Notes: a model not told the origin generated them from the sequence alone. A stretch of 64,000 nucleotides of DNA from Escherichia coli (GCF_024502345.1 NZ_JALDNN010000002.1); one strand, 5' to 3'; counted from the first letter of the stretch, positions 49,533 to 61,729 are shown. Made by a program: numbers and translations.

Positions 49533-52419
49533 CTTTCGGTTCCTTGGGCCAAAGATATTCGCCAGTCAGTAGAATGTGCGCCCAGCCCAATGGGGATATG
49601 TGGGGAAGAAATTCAGGGGGAACATCCAACCCTTCGTTCCGCCGCTCCGTGACGGCATGACCAAGATGGACGGTATTCCAGTAAATGATCACCGCAGTCA
49701 ATAAATTGAGCCCAGCGATTCGGTAGTGCTGCCCCTCTGTCGTGCGATCGCGAATTTCCCCCTGCCTCCCGATACGGAGCGCATTTTTGAGCGCATGGTG
49801 GGCCTCTCCCTTGTTAAGACCGATCTGAGCACGCCGCTGCATGTCCGTATCCAGGATCCACTCAATAATGAAAAGGGTCCGTTCAATACGACCAACTTCA
49901 CGAAGCGCAACTGCAAGGTTGTTTTGTCGTGGGTAAGAAGCGAGCTTGCGCAGGAGTTGGCTGGGCCTGATTTTGCCAGCGGTCATCGTCGCGGCACAAC
50001 GGAAAATATCAGGCCAGTTCGCAACGATAAGATCCTCCCGGGCTTTTCCACCTACCAACTTGCGTAACTCCCTGGGGGTCGTATCGGGATTAAATACGTA
50101 CAACCGCTTCGATGGCAGATCCCTGATTCGCAGAACGAGATTGTAGCCGAGCAGGCTACTGGCTCCGAACAAATGGTCGGTGAATCCTGCTGTATCGGCA
50201 TACTGTTCGCGAACATGGCGACCGACCTCGTTCATCAGTAGTCCATCGAGAATATACGGTGCCTCGCTCACGGTCGCCGGGATCGACTGACAAGCGAATG
50301 GCGCGAACTGGTCGCTTACGTGAGTATACGCTTTGAGGCCGGGAACAGAACCATATTTGGCATTGACCATGTTCATGGCTTCGCCATGCCGCGCTGTCGG
50401 GAAAAACTGACCATCGCTCGATGCTGACGTGCCCATCCCCCAGACGCGTGACATCGGCAGTTTACCCTGCGCGGCCACCACAATTGCCAATGCCTGGTTC
50501 ATGGCTTCGCTTTCAACATGCCAGCGGGCAAGGCGTGAGAGCTGCCAGTAATCATGCGTGTTTGTAGCTTCCGCCATCTTACGCAGGCCCAGATTGAGCC
50601 CTTCAGCGAGCAGGACGTTGAGCAGACCGATCCGGTCGCGACATGGAGCCCCGGTTCTCAGATGGGTAAACGCATCTGTGAAACCAAGGGCTGCATCAAC
50701 TTCAAGCAGCATGTCGGTAATCCGAACGGACGGCATTCGGCGATACAGATCCAGTATGAGTGCCTCGGCACCATCCGGCACGTCTGCTGTCAACCTGTCG
50801 ATCCGCAACGTTCCATCTTCTATGCTACCGTGCGGAATAGTGCCGTTACGGGCAGCCCGGGCCAGCCGCTTAAGAGCGATCGTGAGTCGCGCCTTTCTGT
50901 CTGCCAGCCAATCCTGTGGGTTGGAAGGCACGGCCAGTTTTGCATTTTCCTGCGCCGCGATCATCGGCACCAGTACCTGCTTGAGGTCACCATAGCGGCG
51001 CGAATGAGCGAGCCAGACATCTCCGGAACGAAAAGCATCCCGGAGGTGAAAGAGTACCGCCACTTCCCAAAGACGGGTATCTCCTTTTTCCTGAGCTCGT
51101 AAATGACGGTTCCATTTGGAGCTGGGCCGCAGGAAACGCCTTTCTGGCGATGCAACACCTTTCATCTCTCCGATCGACAAAGCTGCTGCTACCAATGGTC
51201 CGGCGACCGGCGCGGCTTCGAGCTTCAGACAGCGCAACATGCGGGGCGCATAACGACGAAAGCGATGGTATCCCTGCCCGACATATGCAAGAGGCTCATC
51301 GGCTAGCGTGTTGCTGAGTTGAGTCCCTGTCGCTACCAGTTGAGCGAGCCGGTCCCATGCAACCGAACTGGCGACAGCCATCTCCAGCGGGGTTCCGTCA
51401 CTGCGGGCCTCAAGCAACGAAGCTCCCAGCGCGGTGAAGGTACGGATCGTATCCGTGAGTGTGGCTTTAGAGCCGGAAATTGTTTCGTCATGCTGGCGCT
51501 TCGCTTCCCGCCAGGTTTTTCCTACGATCCTGTCATGGGTTTCGACTATGGCATCAGCAATCGCCGCTTCCCACTCCACAACACAGACGGCAAGGATCGC
51601 CCAGCGGCGGTCCGAAGTGATGTCACGCAAACCGTCGGTGAAGTAGCGTTCACCCTGCCGACGCAGCCGGGCAATGCGATGGGCAGGTATGCTGGCCAAA
51701 GCACTATGATTGATATTCAGGGTACGCAGAAATTCGAGCCTGTCGAGCAAACGGTTAGCAGCAGCCGAGTTGTTACCAACCTCGAAGTTGCGAAGCCAGA
51801 TGAAACGACTGATATTGCCGGCGAGCATTTCACTCAGAAGTTTGTCCAGGTGATCGCGAACATCCGCTGTTAAATTTTCCGCAATCCGCGTTTCAATCCG
51901 CCGCTCAGCGGCGACCAGAGCATCCGCGCACAAGCGCTCGATTGTCGATACTGCGGGCAGAATGGTGGAAGTTTCCCGACACCGCACAATAAAACGATGA
52001 GCAAGATCCTCGTTTGATCTGGCATCTTCGGCCTGGCCGAAAGTCCACTCCCGCAGATCACGGGCACCACGGCCCGTGAAGGTCTTGTAGCCGTAAATTT
52101 CGCGCAGCGTGTCCATGTGCTGCTGACGGGTTTGGCGCCGTGTGGCATAAGTGAGAAGCGCATCAGCCGGAACTCCAAGCTGAGCACCGACGAAGGAAAG
52201 GACTTCACGCGGGATCATCTCACCAGGAGCCAGTGCACGGCCCGGATATCGTAAGGCACAAAGTTGCAGGGCAAAGCCAATCCTGTTTTCCGGTCTGCGG
52301 CGCTGCCTAATGTTTTCCAGGTCATCATCGCCCAGCGTGTAGAACTTCAGTAGCGACAGTTCGTCCGTGGGCAGATCGAACAGCGCTGCTCGCTGCCGTT
52401 CGGTGAAAATATGGCGTCG
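49528..52419 (-). pseudogene. tnpA: Tn3-family transposase TnpA, 5'-truncated by IS26 (about 960 of ~1000 codons remain)
   Basis: 896-aa track ORF with upstream frame open to the IS26 boundary; conserved C-terminal blocks (...GMGTSASSDGQFF..., ...LSPLGWAHILLTGEYLW...). Confidence 0.9.
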
Positions 52420-53239
52420 GGCACTGTTGCAAAGTTAGCGATGAGGCAGCCTTTTGTCTTATTCAAAGGCCTTACATTTCAAAAACTCTGCTTACCAGGC
52501 GCATTTCGCCCAGGGGATCACCATAATAAAATGCTGAGGCCTGGCCTTTGCGTAGTGCACGCATCACCTCAATACCTTTGATGGTGGCGTAAGCCGTCTT
52601 CATGGATTTAAATCCCAGCGTGGCGTCGATTATCCGTTTCAGTTTGCCATGATCGCATTCAATCACGTTGTTCCGGTACTTAATCTGTCGGTGTTCAACG
52701 TCAGACGGGCACCGGCCTTCGCGTTTGAGCAGAGCAAGCGCGCGACCATAGGCGGGCGCTTTATCCGTGTTGATGAATCGCGGGATCTGCCACTTCTTCA
52801 CGTTGTTGAGGATTTTACCCAGAAACCGGTATGCAGCTTTGCTGTTACGACGGGAGGAGAGATAAAAATCGACAGTGCGGCCCCGGCTGTCGACGGCCCG
52901 GTACAGATACGCCCAGCGGCCATTGACCTTCACGTAGGTTTCATCCATGTGCCACGGGCAAAGATCGGAAGGGTTACGCCAGTACCAGCGCAGCCGTTTT
53001 TCAATTTCAGGCGCATAACGCTGAACCCAGCGGTAAATCGTGGAGTGATCGACATTCACTCCGCGTTCAGCCAGCATCTCCTGCAGCTCACGGTAACTGA
53101 TGCCGTATTTGCAGTACCAGCGTACGGCCCACAGAATGATGTCACGCTGAAAATGCCGGCCTTTGAATGGGTTCATGTGCAGCTCCATCAGCAAAAGGGG
53201 ATGATAAGTTTATCACCACCGACTATTTGCAACAGTGCC
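52420..53239 (-). mobile_element. IS26 copy 3 (820 bp), transposase variant, no TSD
   Basis: 14-bp IRs; flanks tggcgtcg vs gcgagaag. Confidence 0.97.
52472..53176 (-). CDS. tnpA: IS26 transposase variant (M58I, G184D relative to copies 1 and 2)
   Basis: ...[10 protein letters not shown]... and ...[10 protein letters not shown]... versus ...APEMEK... / ...KRIIGATLGF... Confidence 0.95.
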   Translation of the reverse strand: MNPFKGRHFQRDIILWAVRWYCKYGISYRELQEMLAERGVNVDHSTIYRWVQRYAPEIEKRLRWYWRNPSDLCPWHMDETYVKVNGRWAYLYRAVDSRGRTVDFYLSSRRNSKAAYRFLGKILNNVKKWQIPRFINTDKAPAYGRALALLKREGRCPSDVEHRQIKYRNNVIECDHGKLKRIIDATLGFKSMKTAYATIKGIEVMRALRKGQASAFYYGDPLGEMRLVSRVFEM

Positions 53240-54471
53240 GCGAGAAGGTTTTCAGGCCGGATTTGCGCGGCAAACCTGTCGTCGTTCTCAGTAACAACGA
53301 TGGCTGCGTTATTGCCCGGAGTGCTGAAGCCAAACGGCTGGGTATAAAGATGGGAACCCCCTGGTTCCAGCTCAAAGAGGCGCAGTTTCCTGAAAAATTG
53401 TACGTTTTTTCCAGCAACTACGAGCTCTACGCGAGCCTGAGTAACCGTGTGGTCGCCCTGCTGGAAGAGCTGTCGCCCCGCGTCGAACAATACTCAATTG
53501 ACGAATGTTTCCTGGATGCCCGGGGAATTGGCCACTGTATGGATCTGGAGGATTTTGGCAGGCAGCTGCGTGGGCATGTTCTCAGTGGAACCGGACTGAC
53601 GATCGGTGTCGGCTTCGGCGCCACAAAAACACTGGCCAAATCGGCGCAGTGGGCGTCAAAGGAATGGCCACAATTCAGTGGGGTGCTGGCGCTGTCGCCC
53701 GAAAATCCACGCAGAACGGCAAAATTACTCAGCCTGCAGCCGGTGGAAGAAATCTGGGGCGTAGGGAACCGGATAGCGAAAAAGCTGCACGTTATGGGGA
53801 TCACCACTGCCCTGCAGCTGTCGCTGACGAACCCTACATTTATCCGGAAAAACTTCAACGTAGTGCTGGAGCGCACGGTACGTGAGCTGAACGGCGAGAG
53901 CTGCATTTCGCTGGAGGAAGCGCCGCCGCCGAAACAGCAGATTGTCTGCAGTCGCAGCTTCGGGCAGCGGATCACCACCTACGAAGAAATGCGCCAGGCC
54001 GTCTGCCAGTATGCCGAGCGCGCGGCGGAAAAGTTGCGCGGTGAGCGACAGTACTGCCGGCATATCAGCACCTTCATCAAGACATCCCCTTTTGCGGTTA
54101 ATGAGCCGTATTACGGTAACGTGGCCACGGAAAAACTGAACACCCCTACCCGTGACACCCGGGACATTATCGCGGCAGCGGTCAGGTCTCTGGACAGGAT
54201 CTGGCTCGATGGCCACCGCTACGCAAAAGCGGGGATAATGCTCAATGATTTCAGTCCGAACGGCGTCGCGCAGCTGAATCTGTTCGATGACGTGCAGCCA
54301 CGGCCGCACAGCGATGCGCTGATGAAGGTACTCGACGGCATTAATCATTCCGGACTCGGGAAAGTCTGGTTTGCCGGACGGGGTATTGCGCTGGACTGGC
54401 AGATGAAACGGGAGATGCTGTCACCGGCATATACCACCCGCTGGAAGGAGCTGCCGGTTGCCCGTTTCTGA
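53240..54471 (+). pseudogene. umuC: second UmuC-family Y-polymerase gene, 5'-truncated by IS26 (no umuD partner)
   Basis: Reading resumes at ...[20 protein letters not shown]... right at the IS26 end; about 16 N-terminal codons missing. Confidence 0.9.
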
Positions 54472-54549
54472 CCGTCGAAATGACAGACGGGACTTGCCGC
54501 AAGAGCTTACTTTACCGATCATACAGATGACTTGTCTCAGGGGGGAACC

Positions 54550-54801
54550 ATGACAAATATCATTCTGTGTGATGTGACTGCCAGCATCAGCGAACTTAAA
54601 AACGATCCGGTGGCCACCGCCAGTGCCGGCGGCGGCTACCCGGTCGCGATTATTGACCGCAACCGCCCTGTTTTTTATTGTGTGCCCGCGGCTCTGTATG
54701 AACAAATGCTCGATGCGCTGGACGAAAAAGACCTGGTGCAATTGATAACAGAACGTCAAAACCAGCCGCTGCGTGAAGTGGATCTCAATCAGTATCTGTG
54801 A
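54550..54801 (+). CDS. type II antitoxin-like protein (Phd/YefM/YafN family)
   Basis: ...TASISELKNDPVATA...PVAIIDRNRPVFYCVPAALYEQMLDALDE... resembles YafN/Phd from memory. Confidence 0.6.
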   Translation: MTNIILCDVTASISELKNDPVATASAGGGYPVAIIDRNRPVFYCVPAALYEQMLDALDEKDLVQLITERQNQPLREVDLNQYL

Positions 54802-54854
54802 TGTGCTCCGGTGCGAGGAGCAAGGAATGTATTAAATCAATGTTAAGGAACAAT

Positions 54855-55160
54855 ATGGGTAGCAAAATCGCAGGTGTGGTTTTCTTATTCTTCACTGTCT
54901 GGGGAATGGCTTCAGTGATTGAATTGCAGTACTGGCGTAACGCTGATACCTATCCTGTCTGGCTGACAAAACATCTCCGGATCTCTCCCGAAAATAACGA
55001 AAAGAGCCTGATAAGGATAGGAATGGAAACCTTTGACAAGGTATGTGGTGATAACAGGGGCCTCCTTGCCGTCACCCAAAAACAAAACGGTATGTTTATG
55101 CGCTGTGATGATTCCCCCGGATTTTTTTCATGGTTCAGCGGCGTTTACAAAGTCAGTTAA
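54855..55160 (+). CDS. small protein with N-terminal hydrophobic segment (101 aa), unknown function
   Basis: ATG 54855 with AAGGAA RBS; MGSKIAGVVFLFFTVWGMASV...; not RelE/ParE/YafO-like. Confidence 0.45.
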   Translation: MGSKIAGVVFLFFTVWGMASVIELQYWRNADTYPVWLTKHLRISPENNEKSLIRIGMETFDKVCGDNRGLLAVTQKQNGMFMRCDDSPGFFSWFSGVYKVS

Positions 55161-55633
55161 TCAGATAACGTGTTGGACTTTCAATATGTTACCCACACGG
55201 TTATCCCCCGTTACTGTGGATAATCAATATATTGTGTCTCAGACAGCTGCTTTTTCTACCATATGTTGTGTCCCTGATATCCCCTCGGACGGCGTGACAA
55301 ACGACATCATACTGGAGACGCTGATGACGGGACCATGTTCATCCAGGGTCGTAAGAACGGCCGGGACTGGTTACCGGCCGGACGAAGGACCGGCCAACGC
55401 GCAGCGGCGGCAGCTGGTTTTAAAAATGCTGGCGGAAATTTAAAATTAAGCCGCACACCCCGCGAAATTTTGCAAATTTCACTCAACATGCTTCGTTCAG
55501 ATCCCAACAGAGCTTTCACCATCACCTGTAATAGCCGCCCTGCTGCGTGATTACTCCGCTCAACAAGTTGCTGGCGACAAGCCAATACCTGTTCGTGACA
55601 GGCATTGCTTAACCGTTGTCCCAAACTAATAAT

Positions 55634-56100
55634 GTGCCGACGATGCAGGTGGGACCGTGGTCCCAGGCAGATTACCTGACCGACGATGCAGGTGGGACCG
55701 TGGTCCCAGGCAGATTACCTGACCGATGACGCAGGTGGGACCGTGGTCCCAGACAGATAACCTGACCGACGACGCAGGTGGGACCGTGGTCCCAGACAGA
55801 TTACCTGACCGATGACGCAGGTGGGACCGTGGTCCCAGACAGATAAGCTGACCGATGACGCAGGTGGGACCGTGGTCCCAGGCAGATAACCTGACCGACG
55901 ACGCAGGTGGGACCGTGGTCCCAGTCAGATAACCTGACCGATGACGCAGGTGGGACCGTGGTCCCAGACAGATTACCTGACCGACGACGCAGGTGGGACC
56001 GTGGTCCCAGGCAGATAACCTGACCGATGACGCAGGTGAGACCGTGGTCCCAGGCAGATAACCTGACAGACGATGCAGGTGGGACCGTGGTCCCAGAGAG
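55634..56100. repeat. sopC: sopC-type centromere: about 11 tandem 43-bp repeats each with TGGGACCGTGGTCCCA inverted repeat
   Basis: Tandem units ...cgatgcaggtgggaccgtggtcccaggcagattacctgacc... Confidence 0.9.
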
Positions 56101-56184
56101 AATATTCAGGCCAGTTATGTTTTCTGGCCTGTGAGAAAGGAAATGAAGTAAAGGGAGATAACCGTAGACTAAAGCGTGTCCGCA

Positions 56185-57156
56185 TTAGACTCCTGGTTTC
56201 TCAAGCTCCTTAAGAATGGCTTCTATTTTCTCTATACACTCCGCAGGAATGCGGGACCGATCTAGGTTAAGCACTATTTTATCGCCCTTATACAATGCTG
56301 TTGCCCCTGGAGCAAACTGATGACGTGAACTCAGATTAACTCTTGATGCGCGAGATTGTTTCAGTACGGATGTTAAAAGACTAATGACCTCTTCAGCTTC
56401 AAAGATTAGTCCCGCTTTCTTCTGATCGTGGAGAGTCTCAGCCTGCTGCTTCAGTAATTCTTCTTTATCTGCAAAAGCCTTCTGAAGGGCTTCACCTGAC
56501 CGGGCAGACAGTTCTCCAGGATGTGCAAACAGGGCAACAACTGATTTAGGCAGTTTGGCCGTATTGATACAGCGGGTAATGATCTTACGAGAGATGTTTT
56601 CCGCATCGGCAAGCGCAGAAATATTTCCGGCAAACTCATTCTGCAGCCGGCTTGTATAACGCAGGCCACGTTCATAAGCACTCGTCGGCCGATAATCGTT
56701 ACCCAGCCGGGACAATGCAGCCATCTGCTCGTCGTCCAGTTCACCAACCAGAATGCGATAATCACTTTCCGTCAGGATTGCGGCTTTACGGCGACGGCTG
56801 CCGTCTGCAATTTCTATGACATCAGAAACCCAGCGGCCGAAAGCTGGAGTCTGCTGACCGGTCAGTAAAAATGAAGGTATGAGATCATCCAGAGCATCTT
56901 CGGTAAGTAGTTCCTGATCACGCTCATTTCCTGACCATACGCGTGAGGCGCTCTCAACAGACTCTCCCCGGAGCACCTCAAGGGTAAATTTTACTTCCCG
57001 TCCACATACCGGAAGAGAGATAGCATTACCGCGGGCCATAGCACCCACGCGCGCAATTAATGAATCCACCATCGGCGCGGCCGGCGCCGGTGATGAAGTA
57101 TCTTCAGTCGATTGAGTATGTGTGGTATGCCTTGGAATGACAGGGGCACGCTTCAT
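56185..57156 (-). CDS. sopB: partition protein SopB (ParB family)
   Basis: 323 aa matching F-plasmid SopB from memory. Confidence 0.95.
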   Translation of the reverse strand: MKRAPVIPRHTTHTQSTEDTSSPAPAAPMVDSLIARVGAMARGNAISLPVCGREVKFTLEVLRGESVESASRVWSGNERDQELLTEDALDDLIPSFLLTGQQTPAFGRWVSDVIEIADGSRRRKAAILTESDYRILVGELDDEQMAALSRLGNDYRPTSAYERGLRYTSRLQNEFAGNISALADAENISRKIITRCINTAKLPKSVVALFAHPGELSARSGEALQKAFADKEELLKQQAETLHDQKKAGLIFEAEEVISLLTSVLKQSRASRVNLSSRHQFAPGATALYKGDKIVLNLDRSRIPAECIEKIEAILKELEKPGV

Positions 57157-58331
57157 TATCTAATCTCCCAGCGTGGTTTAATCAGACGATCAAAAATCTC
57201 ATTACAAACAGGTTCCCAGATTGAAAGTGCGTTTCGCCATGCGCCGGTCGAAGAACGTTGATCAATCGCCTGTTCGAAAACGGTTCTCATGCGGATCTGG
57301 CCTTTACCAACTTCATCGGTTTCACGTACCACATTTTTAAGAACCATGCTTCCCCATGCATCGCGAATTTGTTCTTCCATCCACGGTGACTGCGAACCAT
57401 TGTTATTACTGTATTTGGTAAGCAGAATACGGACATCCGGCTCAAAGCCTTTAAGATCCACATTCCTGAGCAGATCACGAAGCATATCGAAAAACTGCAG
57501 TGCAGAAGTGTAATCGAACAGCTCTGCCGGGGTGGGAACAATCAGCACATCAGCAGCGCATACGACATTGATCGTGCCAATACCGAGGTTCGGTGCGCTG
57601 TCGATAACAATCACATCATAGTCATGAGCGACCGTTTCAATAGCAAGGCGGAGCATCAGATGCGGGTCGGTGGGCAGTTTTCCTTCATCAAATTTGCCCA
57701 TCAGTTCAGTTTCAATGCGATGCAGTGCCAGGCAGGACGGAATGATATCAAGGCCAGGCCAGCAGGTTGGTTTTATCGCATAACTGGCATCATCCTTTTC
57801 ACCAAGATAAAAGGGCAGGAGAGTATCTTCCGCGTGTATATGAAGATCGGGCACCCATCCGTGATACATCGAGGCTGTGCCCTGAGGATCATTACCCTCG
57901 ACAAGCAGAACGCGTAATCCTTTCAGGGCCAGGTCCTGAGCCAGGTGAACAGAAACGGAGGTTTTGTAAACACCACCTTTGTGAGCAGCAACACCAATCA
58001 CCGGCGGAAACGCATCTTCAGCACGGCGCAGTCGTGTACCAAATACATCCCGCATGTGATTGATTTGCTCGATGGTATAACCAACGCGTTGCTCAACTCT
58101 TCCACGGGTTTCCATATCAGGGTGAGGCAGCCGGCCAGCTTTCTCGGCATCCCTGATAGCCTGAGATGACACGCCAACTAAATCAGCTGCTTCACCAATC
58201 CTCCAGCGCCGGGTTATTTTCCGGGCTTCCGGACTGTCATCATTAAACTGCGCAATGGCGATTGCTTTCGTCATTTCATGACCAGCACTTATGCACTGGT
58301 TGAGTGTATCCATGAGTCCCATACTGAACAT
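57156..58331 (-). CDS. sopA: partition ATPase SopA (ParA type Ia)
   Basis: 391 aa; Walker A ...[10 protein letters not shown]...; near-identical to F SopA as recalled. Confidence 0.95.
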   Translation of the reverse strand: MFSMGLMDTLNQCISAGHEMTKAIAIAQFNDDSPEARKITRRWRIGEAADLVGVSSQAIRDAEKAGRLPHPDMETRGRVEQRVGYTIEQINHMRDVFGTRLRRAEDAFPPVIGVAAHKGGVYKTSVSVHLAQDLALKGLRVLLVEGNDPQGTASMYHGWVPDLHIHAEDTLLPFYLGEKDDASYAIKPTCWPGLDIIPSCLALHRIETELMGKFDEGKLPTDPHLMLRLAIETVAHDYDVIVIDSAPNLGIGTINVVCAADVLIVPTPAELFDYTSALQFFDMLRDLLRNVDLKGFEPDVRILLTKYSNNNGSQSPWMEEQIRDAWGSMVLKNVVRETDEVGKGQIRMRTVFEQAIDQRSSTGAWRNALSIWEPVCNEIFDRLIKPRWEIR

Positions 58332-58827
58332 CCTTTAATCATCACTTTGCATTATTTTATTAAATCTTGGAATTTATTGCAAAGCAACAATAAAGACGCA
58401 AAGTGCACGAAAAAGTGCAAAGTGAACCGCATTGGGTGATGCAAAGACCGCAGGGGAGTACAAAAGAGTACATACCGCAGCCAATATTAATCACTGCCGC
58501 TCGCCGCAGTAAGCGATCTCACGGAGTGAGAAAGCGGCGAGGAAGCGGAAAATCACAGAATTCACAGATTGCACGTACGTCGGGTTGCTTAAGATGGCTC
58601 GGGATCAGCCAGTTATAATGAAATTGACTGCGATATGTAATATATTGACTGTGGCATGATACTTACTGTATCTGTGTCGAGAAAGAGGAAAGACGACTCA
58701 GCATACCGCAGTCAATGTTTCATTGTTGTACCTGTAGATCTCAATCTTCCAGAGCGTATTCAGGAAAATCAGGCCAGGGTTCTGGATACCTGGTGAACCG
58801 CCCCGGTAATCCTGGAGACTACACTCT

Positions 58828-59169
58828 TTGAGAGAGGTAACCAGGATGACAAAACATAACCGATTTCCCCCTGAAGTTCGTCAACGCGCTATTCGTATGG
58901 TTCTGGAAAACCAGAATACCTACAACTCACAATGGGCCGCTATCTGCTCCATTGCCCCTAAGATCGGCTGCACTCCCGAGACATTGCGTATCTGGATCCG
59001 TCAGCAGGAGCCCGTTGATGATGAGCAGAATGCGCTGACTGCCAGCGAACGCCAGCGTCTGAAAGAACTGGAGCGGGAAGTCCGCGAGCTGCGCCGCAGC
59101 AATGATATTCTGCGTCAGGCTTCAGCGTATTTTGCCCAGGCGGAGCTCGACCGCCACTGGAAAAAATAA
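58828..59169 (+). CDS. IS3-family transposase OrfA
   Basis: ...RFPPEVRQRAIRMVLENQNTYNSQWAAICSIAPKIGCTPETLRIWIRQQ... Confidence 0.9.
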   Translation: MREVTRMTKHNRFPPEVRQRAIRMVLENQNTYNSQWAAICSIAPKIGCTPETLRIWIRQQEPVDDEQNALTASERQRLKELEREVRELRRSNDILRQASAYFAQAELDRHWKK

Positions 59170-59583
59170 TGCCGCTTCTGGAAAATCTGAGCGGTGAACA
59201 CGGGGTCGGGCCAGTCTGTCATGAGCTGGATATTGCTCCGTCAACGTACTACTGGCATCAGCAACGCCGGAAGTGTCCTGAACGACGCAGTAGTCGGGAT
59301 AAACGCGATGCCGTGCTGATACCTGAGATACAGCGCGTATACGAAGAAAACTACAGCGTTTACGGTGTGCGTAAGGTCTGGCGACAGCTAAAACGTGAAG
59401 GTGTCGGCGTTGCCCGCTGCACCATTGAGCGCCTGATGAAAGCCCTGCAGCTACGTGGGGTGACACGCGGCAAAAGTGTCAGAACCACCCGCAGCAACAA
59501 AGCCGAAACACCGCAGGATCGGGTGAACAGGCAGTTCGTGGCTGAACGGCCCGATAGTCTTTGGGTGGCCGATTTTACCTACG
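59169..59583 (+). pseudogene. IS3-family OrfB, exon-1 part (interrupted by group II intron after ...FTY)
   Basis: ...ERPDSLWVADFTY then intron GTGTG. Confidence 0.85.
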
Positions 59584-60254
59584 GTGTGCCCGGAGTTCAG
59601 GGCGGGCATGGATGCTTAAATGAACCGCGAGTCTGTCTGGAATATTGAACCGGTAACTCACGATGAGAAACCCAACAATCCCACCGGGTGTGACGGTGGA
59701 GAACCTGAGCGGCAGTGACCTGCGGCATGCCCGCAGGGTGATGTAACCCGCTGACAACGGGGATTGAGGCGAGATCACTAAGCCGAGATGATCCTCAAGG
59801 TTAAGTACTGAAAGGCTGAAGAACATGAACCCGTTAATCCGCCTCTGTGGGTTGAAAACGTCACCACGGCCTACGTGATCTGACAGGCCGTGCAGGAGGA
59901 ACTGGCAGTGATACGTAAGCACTGCCGGTCGAAGGTGTTTTGACATGTATGCGAAACACCGGGGCAGCAGCGTCTATCACGCTTGCGTTGCTGACTTCTG
60001 CCAACTTGCGGCAAGCAAGGATAAAGAGTGCGACGGGCAGCCTCCTCAGTATGCCTGAGTCCAGGCAGGTAAACCGGGGAAGGTCAGCGACGGATGTTAA
60101 GGGGGCATGGCTCCGATGACGCGCTGGCTGGCGGAGCTTCCGTAGTAGTCCGCGATGGGGAAAGCCCATTACATGGCGAAGGGAAGCAGTTTGAATGTGT
60201 TTGCGACGTGAATTAACTGACCTAACGAGGTGAAGACCTTTGATAATCAGCGAA

Positions 60255-60390
60255 ATGCAACGCAAGCTTGCCACATGGGCAGCCACCGATCCGTCCCTAC
60301 GGATTCAACGGCTGCTGCGTCTGATAACACAACCAGAATGGCTGGCTGAAGCGGCGCGGATCACGCTTTCATCAAAGGGGGCCCATACCC
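60255..60390 (+). pseudogene. intron RT/maturase, N-terminal 45 codons (split by IS186)
   Basis: MQRKLATWAATDPSLRIQRLLRLITQPEWLAEAARITLSSKGAHT; continues in frame at 61741. Confidence 0.8.
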
Positions 60391-61729
60391 CATAAGCGCT
60401 AACTTAAGGGTTGAACCATCTGAAGAATGCGACGCCTCGGTGCCTCGTTAAGACGATGCCTCGCGTTCTTCAATTGCGTTTTGTAGGCTGTCAGGGATAC
60501 TGTCCCACGAATGGCCACCTGTAAGCTCCAGATGACCATTTTTGTTATTCTCCACAACGAGTTAGTTCTTCTTTTCGGATCCGGCACTTCTGGGGGGGAA
60601 ATCCAGCGATGGCTGGATTATGTCGTCAATTAAAAATGCGGCGAGTAGATTAGCAAATATCCACGCTTTCGCGAGTTCAGGTTCCTTTGCACGCAAAGCA
60701 TCCAGGTGCAGCAAACTTTTGAGCCGCTTAAAAGCCAGTTCAATTTGCCATCGCAGACGGTAACAATCAGCCACTTGCTCTGCTGAATATTCATCTTCCG
60801 GTAATGATGTTAGCAATAGCACATGGCCCGCTGCTTCCAGCGTTTCCGCCTGAACTACTCGTCCTTTTCGACGATTCTCGCTGAGCAGTCGGGTTTTACT
60901 GATTAATGCTTTTTCGGGAGGAAGTGATACGGCAATGAGACGTGCCGGAAAGGGAGCTCCGGCTTTTTTATTACCTGAATTGCCTATCATTACAGTGGTT
61001 TCACCGTTCTTACCGCAATCCAGCCCGCGCAGAAAACCCATCATGTCAAAGCGCATTCCTTCTGCAGTTAACCAGCGCAATCCTCGCCAGTGAACCCGGA
61101 CGATATAATCAGCTTCTCCAAAAGCAAGTGAGCGGATACATTCGGGACGCGAACCGAATCCCCGGTCAGCAATGCGTATCTCGTCTGCCGTTTGCGCAAA
61201 TCGGTCCAGCCGTTCAGCGTCTCTGCTGTCGGTTAGCTCAAAATCAGTGAACTGACAGGTATGAGGATCATATCCCATATGTAGTCGCCATTCAGCGCTG
61301 CCGCCCCCGGGCGCACTGATTGCTGTTCCATCGACAAGACGCAATCTCTTTCCGCTTGTACAACCCGTAACTGCGGCGCGCACAGCAAGTGTTTGTGCGG
61401 CAAGTATGCCAAACCAGTCGGCGGCATTCCGCAGCCGCTTCAGGAGAGCCACGTCAGATAATGTTGCAACGTCATGGAGCTGAGCCCATGCAGTGACTTC
61501 ACGTAATGACATCCCCCCGGGGCCGTAAGCCAGCCCCAGACGTAGCAGAGTTGCAGCATCACGAATTTCGCGGCGGCGGGTTAGAGCCCCGGCATTACGT
61601 GCCGAAGTATCCAGTTCTTCGGGCTTACCAATATGGGCCAGAATTGCTGACCAGTTATCGTGAGAGTAATTCATCGGCACGTTAAATCATATCAGGCGTA
61701 ATACCACAACCCTTAAGTTAGCGCTTATG
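60391..61729 (-). mobile_element. IS186 (1339 bp) with 11-bp TSD GGCCCATACCC
   Basis: IRs cataagcgctaacttaagggttg / revcomp; ggcccataccc at 60380-60390 and 61730-61740. Confidence 0.9.
60562..61680 (-). CDS. IS186 (IS4-family) transposase
   Basis: 372-aa ORF MPMNYSHDNWSAILAHIGKPEELD... Confidence 0.9.
   Translation of the reverse strand: MPMNYSHDNWSAILAHIGKPEELDTSARNAGALTRRREIRDAATLLRLGLAYGPGGMSLREVTAWAQLHDVATLSDVALLKRLRNAADWFGILAAQTLAVRAAVTGCTSGKRLRLVDGTAISAPGGGSAEWRLHMGYDPHTCQFTDFELTDSRDAERLDRFAQTADEIRIADRGFGSRPECIRSLAFGEADYIVRVHWRGLRWLTAEGMRFDMMGFLRGLDCGKNGETTVMIGNSGNKKAGAPFPARLIAVSLPPEKALISKTRLLSENRRKGRVVQAETLEAAGHVLLLTSLPEDEYSAEQVADCYRLRWQIELAFKRLKSLLHLDALRAKEPELAKAWIFANLLAAFLIDDIIQPSLDFPPRSAGSEKKN

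Noticed and set aside
55307-55624. 105-aa minus-strand ORF between the YafN-like locus and sopC
   Set aside because: Overlaps other frames, no clear RBS, no recognisable family; left uncalled
55634-56100. Possible CRISPR array
   Set aside because: 43-bp units with an internal inverted repeat and no spacers, directly downstream of sopB; this is the sopC centromere pattern
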